From positions 59,467-123,466 of the forward strand of contig JAZQOJ010000201.1 of NCBI GenBank assembly GCA_045627805.1: DNA of 64,000 nucleotides, in the 5' to 3' direction. The stretch comes from Bacteroidales bacterium (GTDB taxonomy: Bacteria > Bacteroidota > Bacteroidia > Bacteroidales > WCHB1-69). Within the stretch, counting starts at the first letter, position 1. Every line of letters begins with the position of its first letter. A program made the position numbers and the translations under genes. Positions 35,266 to 42,058 of the stretch are shown in pieces. The notes beneath the pieces are model-generated. The model was not told the origin of the DNA. It saw only the letters and a list, made by a program, of their open reading frames with translations, and did not search any database.

Positions 35266-37758
35266 ATGAGCAAAAATTTGATTATTGTTGAGTCTCCTGC
35301 CAAGGCGAAGACCATTCAGAAGTTTATTGGAAAAGACTATACTGTAATATCAAGCAAAGGGCACGTGAGAGACCTTCCGTCGAAGGATTTGGGTATTGAC
35401 GTGTCGAAGAATTTTCTTCCGCAGTATGAAATCTTGTCTGACAAGAAGAAACTGATTACAGACATTAAGAAGATGGTCGGAGAAGCGGACGTCGTTTGGT
35501 TGGCAACTGATGATGACCGCGAGGGTGAGGCCATTTCGTGGCATTTGATGGAAGCGGCGAGTATTCCTGCGGAGAAGACGAAACGCATTGTGTTTCACGA
35601 GATCACGAAAACGGCGATAGAGGGAGCATTGGCGAATCCGCGGCAACTGGATGTGGACTTGGTGGATGCTCAGCAGGCACGTCGTATTCTGGACCGATTG
35701 GTGGGTTTTGAGTTGTCGCCCGTATTGTGGCGCAAGGTGAAACCGCAGTTGTCGGCTGGTCGCGTGCAGTCAGTGGCGGTGAAGTTAATCGTGGAACAGG
35801 AACGCAGGATCAACCAGTTTGAGAGAACTTCTTCCTATAAGGTAGTGGGAGAGTTTGAGACGGAAGAAAAGGGTAAAAGCGCTTTCGATGCCGAATTGAA
35901 CAAGCGTTTTGACAGCAAGGAAGACGCTCGAAAGTTTTTGGAGGCCTGTTCAGAGAAGACCTTCCAGGTGGAGTCAGTGGAGAAAAATCCGGGCAAGAAA
36001 TCTCCAGCGCCGCCCTTCACTACTTCTACGTTGCAGCAGGAGGCCTCGCGCAAATTGGGTTTTTCTGTTAGCAAAACGATGGTGATTGCACAGCAGTTAT
36101 ATGAAGCGGGTTACATCACATATATGCGTACCGACTCTGTGAACCTGTCGGAATTTGCTCTTGCATCAGCGAAAGACGAGATTGAGACCTTGTATGGCAA
36201 GGAGTATTCAAAGGTTCGCAAGTACCAGACCAAGGCGTTGGGCGCGCAAGAGGCACACGAGGCCATTCGTCCGACCGTGATGGCAAATCATACGATTCCG
36301 GGCGACACCTTCGCCAAGAGATTGTATGAACTGATATGGAAACGCACGTTGGCTTCGCAGATGAGCGATGCCAAGACCGAGAAGACTGTGATCAACATTC
36401 CGGTACCGGGTCGTGATGAGAAATTCGTGGCCACGGGCGAAGTGGTGTTGTTCCAGGGATTTTTGAAAGTATATACCGAATCAACTGACGACGAGGTGGA
36501 AGAGGTGAAGGGATGGCTTCCCGCTTTGGAGAACGGCGAGCAATTGACATATAAGAACATTAAAGCGACACAGCGATACAGCCAGCCGCCCGCGCGTTAT
36601 ACGGAAGCGAGTTTGGTAAAGAAACTGGAAGAGTTGGGCATTGGCCGTCCGTCAACGTATGCTCCCACGATCACTACGATTTTGAAACGTGAGTATGTGG
36701 TGAAAGAGAGCCGCCAAGGCAGCGAGCGCGAATATTGCCAGCTCCGCTTGCAAGGCAGCAAGATTTCAGAAGATTTGAAAACTGAAAAATACGGCGTTGA
36801 GAAAGACAAGATTTTCCCGACTGATATCGGTATGGTGGTGAATGAGTACCTGCAAGACAACTTTGACTCCATTATGGATTACAGTTTTACTGCAAAAGTG
36901 GAGAAAGAGTTCGACGACATTGCCGAGGGCAAGATACAATGGCAAAAGATGTTGCAGTCATTCTACAATAAATTCCACGAATCTATTGAGCACGCCATTA
37001 CCTATTCAACGAAAGCGAGTGGCGAGCGCTTGCTGGGCCAGGATCCGAAGACGAACGAGAATGTGTATGTGAAGTTGGGCAAGTATGGTCCGATGGCGCA
37101 GATAGGGGAGAACTACGAGGATCAGAAACCGCGTTATGCGCGCTTGAAGCCGTCGCAGTCGATTGAGAGTATCACGCTGGAAGAGGCGTTGGAATTGTTC
37201 CGTTTGCCGCGCATTGCGGGCCAGTATGAGGGCAAGGACATTAAGATCGGCATTGGACGTTTCGGTGCCTACATTCAGTTTGATTCGAAGTTCATCTCCT
37301 TCCCGAAGACGGAGGAACCGACCGAAATCAGTTGCGAGCGTTGCATTGAGTTGATTGAGTTGAAACGCAAGCAGGATGTGGAGCGTGCCCCGCGCGTGCT
37401 GGGCGAACTGGACGGCAAGGAAATCACAGCGGCAGTTGGCCGTTTTGGCCCCTATTTGAAATACGACGAAAAGAACTACACTCTTGAGAAGGGCACAATG
37501 ATTGTTGATATGACGTTGGAACAGGCGATAGAGGTAATCAAGGGTGCGGCAATGAAGAACGTGCTTCGTACGTTCCCCGAAAACGACGACGTAAAGGTGA
37601 TGAACGGCCGTTATGGCGCATACATCACTAACGGAGAAGACAATTTCAAGATTCCGAAGGGGATGTTGGCCGACAACCTCACTTTGGAGGACTGCTTGAA
37701 TATCATTGCTACGACGGAGCCGACTGCGAAAAAGAAGGTTTACCGGAAGAAGAAATAA
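35266..37758 (+). CDS. topA: DNA topoisomerase I
   Basis: Toprim N-terminus (LIIVESPAKAKTIQKF, ATDDDREGEAISWH) and active-site region GYITYMRTDS. Repeated C-terminal GRFGxY motifs are typical of Bacteroidota TopA. Confidence 0.95.
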   Translation: MSKNLIIVESPAKAKTIQKFIGKDYTVISSKGHVRDLPSKDLGIDVSKNFLPQYEILSDKKKLITDIKKMVGEADVVWLATDDDREGEAISWHLMEAASIPAEKTKRIVFHEITKTAIEGALANPRQLDVDLVDAQQARRILDRLVGFELSPVLWRKVKPQLSAGRVQSVAVKLIVEQERRINQFERTSSYKVVGEFETEEKGKSAFDAELNKRFDSKEDARKFLEACSEKTFQVESVEKNPGKKSPAPPFTTSTLQQEASRKLGFSVSKTMVIAQQLYEAGYITYMRTDSVNLSEFALASAKDEIETLYGKEYSKVRKYQTKALGAQEAHEAIRPTVMANHTIPGDTFAKRLYELIWKRTLASQMSDAKTEKTVINIPVPGRDEKFVATGEVVLFQGFLKVYTESTDDEVEEVKGWLPALENGEQLTYKNIKATQRYSQPPARYTEASLVKKLEELGIGRPSTYAPTITTILKREYVVKESRQGSEREYCQLRLQGSKISEDLKTEKYGVEKDKIFPTDIGMVVNEYLQDNFDSIMDYSFTAKVEKEFDDIAEGKIQWQKMLQSFYNKFHESIEHAITYSTKASGERLLGQDPKTNENVYVKLGKYGPMAQIGENYEDQKPRYARLKPSQSIESITLEEALELFRLPRIAGQYEGKDIKIGIGRFGAYIQFDSKFISFPKTEEPTEISCERCIELIELKRKQDVERAPRVLGELDGKEITAAVGRFGPYLKYDEKNYTLEKGTMIVDMTLEQAIEVIKGAAMKNVLRTFPENDDVKVMNGRYGAYITNGEDNFKIPKGMLADNLTLEDCLNIIATTEPTAKKKVYRKKK

Positions 37759-37826
37759 GGTTTTGGCCAACGGAAAGCGTTGAAAATGGGTGGAATGGTA
37801 GAAAAATCTTCAAAATTTATTAAAAA

Positions 37827-40016
37827 ATGAAAATAAGAAGTTTGCTTTTGATAATGGTGTTGCTCGTTTTTGCGGGCAACATTCAGGCACAAAAAGAGAT
37901 TACCCTTCAGGGAATTTGGAAGGATTATACTTTTTATCCGAGGGGAATCCGTAGCTTTGAGTCGATGCCGAACAGCGATTACTATACGGTAGTGGATGCG
38001 TCGTCAATTTCAAAATTCAGTTTCCAGACGGGAGAGAAGGTTGGCGAAGTAGTGTCGGCGGAGGATTTGCGCAGTGCCAGTAACGGCGAGATTACGCTGC
38101 GCGACATCGACGAGTACGTTTTTGACGGTGCTTGCAACAAGTTGCTGATTTCTACCGAAGGCGAAAGTATCTACCGTCGCTCAATGGCTTCTTTCTATTA
38201 TGTTTACGATTTGCAGACGAAGAAAATGCAGAGCGTTTCCGACAAGTCGAAGGGAAAACTGAACTTCGCTGATTTTTCGGAGGATGGCAGCAAGGTTGTG
38301 TTCGTTCGCGACTACAATCTGTTTTATGTGGACTTGTCGAATGGCAAGGAGGTGCAGATTACTTTTGACGGCAAGGAGAATGCGATTCGCAATGGCTGGG
38401 CCGACTGGGTTTATGAAGAAGAATTGAGCCAGTCGAAGTACTATGCGTGGTCGCCTGACGGCAAAAAGATTGCTTACTATCGCTTTGATGAGAGCAATGT
38501 GAAGGAATTTTCGATGACGATGTGGGGCGGTTTGTATCCGGAGGAATATCGTTACAAATATCCGAAAGCGGGCGAGGACAACTCTTTGGTTGACATTTAT
38601 GTATATGACTTGGAAACGGGCAAGAGCGAACGCGTGGGCTTTGAGCGCGAGGATTGCTACTATCCGCGTATGTATTGGCTTTCCAATTCGCAGGATTTGG
38701 TGGTGCTGAAGTTGAACCGCTTGCAGAATCGCTTGGATTTTTATCGTTACAATACGATATCCAAGCAGATGGATGTGGTTTTAACAGATGAGAATGCCTG
38801 CTGGATTGACATCACCGATAATTACTATTTTCTGGATGATAATAAGACGGTTATTTTCTTGTCGGAACGTGATGGATTTCGTCATATTTACCGTGCCGAA
38901 TTTGGTCAGCAGCCGGTTCAGCTGACGCACGGACAGTATGAGGTAGCGGAGATCAGTGCCATTGATTTTCCCAAGAAGACCATTTATTATTTGTCGAATG
39001 AAACGGATGTTCCGAACCAGGATTTGTACAGCATTAATTTTGATGGAAAGAAAAAGAGAATGCTCACGGATGGAACGGGATGGAACAATCCCACATTCAA
39101 TAGCAATGCGCATTATTACTGCAACCAGTACAGCAATGCGAACACGCCGAGTGTTTACACGTTGCACGATGCGAGTGGAAAGAAACTTTACACGATTGAA
39201 GACAATGCGAAATTCCGTCAGGTGATGGCCGATTACGGTTATGCGAAGAAGGAAATGTTCACTTTCACTACGAGCGAGGGTGTGTTGTTGCACGGCTGGA
39301 TGTTGAAACCGGCCAATTTCAACAGCAACACTTCTCATAAGTATCCGGTGCTGATGTATGTTTATGGTGGTCCGGAAACGCCTCAGGTATTGAATTCTTT
39401 CAGCAATCCGTTTGATTTGGCGTGGTACCAGATGCTGGCGCAGAAGGGTTACATTGTGGTTTGTGTTGATGGTCGTGGCACTGGTCGCAAGGGCGATGCC
39501 TTCACCAAGGTGATTTACAAACAGATGGGCAAGTGCGAAGCAAAGGACCAGATTGAAACGGCTCAGTATTTGAAGACCCTGCCTTACGTTGACGGCGACA
39601 GAATCGGCATTTGGGGCTGGAGTTTTGGCGGCTATTTGTCAGCACTTTCACTGTTCAAAGGCGAGGGCGTTTTCAAAATGGCAATGTCGGTGGCACCGGT
39701 TACCAACTGGAGATATTACGACAATATTTACACGGAGCGATTCTTGCAGAAACCGCAGGACAATCCGAGCGGTTATGATGACAACTCGCCTTGTTTCTTT
39801 GCCGACAAGATGCAAGGGGACTTCCTTTTGATTCACGGCACGGCCGACGACAATGTGCATTTCCAGAATTCGATGGACCTGGTGACGCAGTTGAACAAGG
39901 CGGAAAAACAGTACGAACAGTTCTTCTATCCCAACAAAAACCATTCTATTTACGGCGGCAACACGCGTTACCATTTGTATGTGAAGCTGACGGATTTCGT
40001 ACTGAAGAATTTGTAG
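37827..40016 (+). CDS. dpp4: Dipeptidyl-peptidase IV (S9B family)
   Basis: Signal peptide, beta-propeller region with the DWVYEEE double-Glu motif, catalytic Ser motif GWSFGGY, and C-terminal HGTADDNVH. Confidence 0.9.
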   Translation: MKIRSLLLIMVLLVFAGNIQAQKEITLQGIWKDYTFYPRGIRSFESMPNSDYYTVVDASSISKFSFQTGEKVGEVVSAEDLRSASNGEITLRDIDEYVFDGACNKLLISTEGESIYRRSMASFYYVYDLQTKKMQSVSDKSKGKLNFADFSEDGSKVVFVRDYNLFYVDLSNGKEVQITFDGKENAIRNGWADWVYEEELSQSKYYAWSPDGKKIAYYRFDESNVKEFSMTMWGGLYPEEYRYKYPKAGEDNSLVDIYVYDLETGKSERVGFEREDCYYPRMYWLSNSQDLVVLKLNRLQNRLDFYRYNTISKQMDVVLTDENACWIDITDNYYFLDDNKTVIFLSERDGFRHIYRAEFGQQPVQLTHGQYEVAEISAIDFPKKTIYYLSNETDVPNQDLYSINFDGKKKRMLTDGTGWNNPTFNSNAHYYCNQYSNANTPSVYTLHDASGKKLYTIEDNAKFRQVMADYGYAKKEMFTFTTSEGVLLHGWMLKPANFNSNTSHKYPVLMYVYGGPETPQVLNSFSNPFDLAWYQMLAQKGYIVVCVDGRGTGRKGDAFTKVIYKQMGKCEAKDQIETAQYLKTLPYVDGDRIGIWGWSFGGYLSALSLFKGEGVFKMAMSVAPVTNWRYYDNIYTERFLQKPQDNPSGYDDNSPCFFADKMQGDFLLIHGTADDNVHFQNSMDLVTQLNKAEKQYEQFFYPNKNHSIYGGNTRYHLYVKLTDFVLKNL

Positions 40017-40046
40017 GGTCCAAGTTTTAAGAAACGAGAAAAAGAA

Positions 40047-40083
40047 AGAGAGACATAACGAAAAGTTGTGTCTCTCTTTTTTA
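40047..40083. terminator. Bidirectional hairpin terminator (serves dpp4 and, ancestrally, a convergent tRNA)
   Basis: AGAGAGACA (40047-40055) pairs with TGTCTCTCT (40069-40077). There is a T-run on the plus strand and TTTCTTTTT on the minus strand. Confidence 0.8.
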
Positions 40084-40084
40084 T

Positions 40085-40112
40085 GAGCGGTAAACGGGTC
40101 TCGAACCCGCGA
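40085..40112 (-). other. Orphan tRNA 3'-end fragment (T-arm plus 3' acceptor strand); putative att site of the integrated element
   Basis: The minus strand reads TCGCGGG-TTCGAGA-CCCGT-TTACCGC-T. That gives a T-stem/T-loop, a 7-nt acceptor strand and a U discriminator, resembling a tRNA-Gly 3' end. The sequence on its 5' side is AT-rich with no D or anticodon arms. Confidence 0.7.
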
Positions 40113-40231
40113 TAAAAAAAATTAATTGCACCAGATTACAACTTACTGATTTTCAGACTGTTTTTGTTTTCTCTATTGGGGTATTTGTTGCAAAAATGTT
40201 GCATTTTTTAATGTAAATAATTGATTTGTTG

Positions 40232-40627
40232 CTATTTATCGCCTAACTTTTCCACGATTGACAGCAACCGAGCTATCTGCGCATCCTTTTCCTTGATCTG
40301 CGCATCCTTTTCCTTGATCCGTTCGTCCAATAGATCTATCTGGGCACGCAGCACATCCGGACTGTCGCTATAGTACTGGCGGTTGTCAATATTGCCGTTA
40401 TTGTCATTCCCAACCACAACGTTACCATTATTTTTGGAGAAAACTTCCGAATTTTCCGAAAAATACATTTCCAATATTGAAAGATTCGCTTTATTAGGCT
40501 TGGTCTTACCTTCAATATAATTCTTTAGTGTTGAATTACTTAAATTTGTAGCTTTTGAAATTTGATTTAGCGGGATATTGGTATCCCGCAATTTTTTTAA
40601 AATTTTTTCTATCTGTAAATCAGTCAT
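40232..40627 (-). CDS. CI-like HTH (XRE-type) repressor with C-terminal coiled coil
   Basis: The N-terminus has an HTH (IPLNQISKATNLSNSTLKNYIEGKTKP). The C-terminus is heptad-rich (IKEKDAQIKEKDAQIARLLSIVEKL). It is divergent from a cro-like gene. Confidence 0.7.
   Translation of the reverse strand: MTDLQIEKILKKLRDTNIPLNQISKATNLSNSTLKNYIEGKTKPNKANLSILEMYFSENSEVFSKNNGNVVVGNDNNGNIDNRQYYSDSPDVLRAQIDLLDERIKEKDAQIKEKDAQIARLLSIVEKLGDK
40277..40318. repeat. Perfect 21-bp tandem duplication inside the repressor gene
   Basis: CTGCGCATCCTTTTCCTTGAT occurs twice (40277-40297 and 40298-40318), encoding IKEKDAQ twice, which is one added heptad in the coiled coil. Confidence 0.95.
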
Positions 40628-40641
40628 TTATAATTATTTTA

Positions 40642-40676
40642 TTGCAATATTGTAAATTATCTTTCCAATATTGGAA
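40642..40676. promoter_or_regulatory. Two palindromic operator candidates (CAATATTG core) in the divergent switch region
   Basis: TTGCAATATTGTAA (40642-40655) and the perfect palindrome TTCCAATATTGGAA (40663-40676) have centres 21 bp apart. A third copy, TTCCAATATTGAAA, lies at 40469-40482 inside the repressor gene. Confidence 0.55.
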
Positions 40677-40684
40677 AATATGTG

Positions 40685-40692
40685 TATTTTTG
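40685..40692 (+). promoter_or_regulatory. Candidate -7 box (TATTTTTG) for the rightward early operon
   Basis: TAnnTTTG match 9 nt after the second operator and 55 nt upstream of ATG 40747. Confidence 0.5.
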
Positions 40693-40746
40693 CACAAAAT
40701 TATTGAACTAATACAAGAATACAAATAAACAACAAATTTACAAAAT

Positions 40747-40947
40747 ATGAGAACGAAATTCAAAAAATTTTACGACGAATCCACCATCGGTATGAACCGA
40801 AATGAGAAAGCTGCATTCAGGCAGAAAATTTGCGACTACACCGGGAAGTCATACCACGTGATACAGAACTGGATCTATGGCGTAACAATCCCTACCCCAT
40901 TGGAGCAGAAAGCACTCAACCAGATTTTCGGCAAAGAAATTTACTAA
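40747..40947 (+). CDS. Cro/excisionase-like small HTH protein
   Basis: 66 aa. HTH-like segment FRQKICDYTGKSYHVIQNWIYGVTIP. First gene divergent from the repressor. Confidence 0.5.
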   Translation: MRTKFKKFYDESTIGMNRNEKAAFRQKICDYTGKSYHVIQNWIYGVTIPTPLEQKALNQIFGKEIY

Positions 40948-40948
40948 G

Positions 40949-41320
40949 ATGGAACCGGTGAAATACAAATTATTTAAGTGGAATGAACACGGAGTTTGCA
41001 CCAATCCAAAGATCCCAATATCTTTCCGATATAAAGGTTCAAGAAAAATTTTCAATGTGCTTACCGCAGAATGCGAGAGTGGATGGTCTTATTCTGTGGA
41101 ATACGAACTGGTAAACACTGGTGGAGGCTATTTACCGAGGTACGGAGGAACAGTAACAAACGAAAAAGAGTGTATCGTTGCCGGGCTGAAAGAGCTGCAC
41201 TGGCGGTTTCGACATAACATAGATTATAATCAAGATCGAAGCGATAAAGAGTCAGCAAGGCAGATGCTGCGCCGCGTGGAAGAGTTGTTAGCGGAGCACA
41301 GACAGTATGAACTATTTTAA
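40949..41320 (+). CDS. Hypothetical protein
   Basis: 123-aa ORF tightly coupled to its neighbours. No motif recognised. Confidence 0.5.
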   Translation: MEPVKYKLFKWNEHGVCTNPKIPISFRYKGSRKIFNVLTAECESGWSYSVEYELVNTGGGYLPRYGGTVTNEKECIVAGLKELHWRFRHNIDYNQDRSDKESARQMLRRVEELLAEHRQYELF

Positions 41321-41331
41321 TTGTAAGAATT

Positions 41332-41658
41332 ATGGATTACGGAGACTTTGAATTAAAAAGCAGGGCTGAAATCATTGAATTGACAAAAAATAGAGCCTGG
41401 AGGAAAAAGGTGTTTTCCAGGTCGTTAGATTCATTCAAAGTAAAAACCCTGATTGATAACGCGACTGTTGAACTGACAATAATAAAGGGCGGTTCCTACA
41501 GAGGGGAAACAATTTACAATTGCGGAATAGTAGTCAATGGGAAAACCATTAATGTGAAGAAATATGATGGTGTTCTCAACATTGAAAAACTTGTAATTCA
41601 ATGGTTAAGACGCTATGACATAGACAACGTAACGATCTACATAATAAATGATCGATGA
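41332..41658 (+). CDS. Hypothetical protein
   Basis: 108-aa ORF, co-oriented. No motif recognised. Confidence 0.5.
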   Translation: MDYGDFELKSRAEIIELTKNRAWRKKVFSRSLDSFKVKTLIDNATVELTIIKGGSYRGETIYNCGIVVNGKTINVKKYDGVLNIEKLVIQWLRRYDIDNVTIYIINDR

Positions 41659-41953
41659 TGCAATACATATCCACCATCAAAAAGCAATCATTATGAAATT
41701 CATATCAATCACCCTCGACAATATAAAGATCGTTGATGCCCATTCAAGGTTCGATCTCTTAGAATTGATTTGCAAACTGAATGAGAGGTTCAGCCAAGGA
41801 GAAATCGACCAATACACCATACTGAAGTGCGAAGACGGGATGCCAATTTGCGGGAGAAAGAGGTTTTTGCTAAGCAGCAACGACAGAGGGTTCATTCTTA
41901 ACGAATTACAATGGAGCAAACTGATAGACGACCTGGAAAAAGAAGTATGGTGA
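41648..41953 (+). CDS. Hypothetical protein (an alternative start at ATG 41693 is possible)
   Basis: 101-aa ORF overlapping the previous gene by 11 nt. No motif recognised. Confidence 0.45.
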   Translation: MIDDAIHIHHQKAIIMKFISITLDNIKIVDAHSRFDLLELICKLNERFSQGEIDQYTILKCEDGMPICGRKRFLLSSNDRGFILNELQWSKLIDDLEKEVW

Positions 41954-42008
41954 TAAAAACGGATAGTGGATGCCGTGAGTTCCACGAAAGGTTCTTTACA
42001 ATTGGGGT

Positions 42009-42039
42009 GTGGGCACCCGACGGAGTGCCCACTTTTTTT
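42009..42039 (+). terminator. Strong intrinsic terminator immediately upstream of the primase-helicase gene
   Basis: GTGGGCAC (42009-42016) pairs with GTGCCCAC (42025-42032), followed by T7. It ends 20 nt before ATG 42059 and no promoter box lies between them. Confidence 0.75.
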
Positions 42040-42058
42040 AACACAAAAAGAAAAAAAA

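Noticed and set aside
37006-37770. A 254-aa minus-strand ORF.
   Set aside because: It is antisense to topA and has an Arg/Leu-rich composition typical of a shadow frame.
40085-40165. A complete tRNA gene on the minus strand.
   Set aside because: Only the T-arm and the 3' acceptor strand are present. The ~50 nt where the acceptor 5' strand, D-arm and anticodon arm should be are AT-rich and cannot form a cloverleaf.
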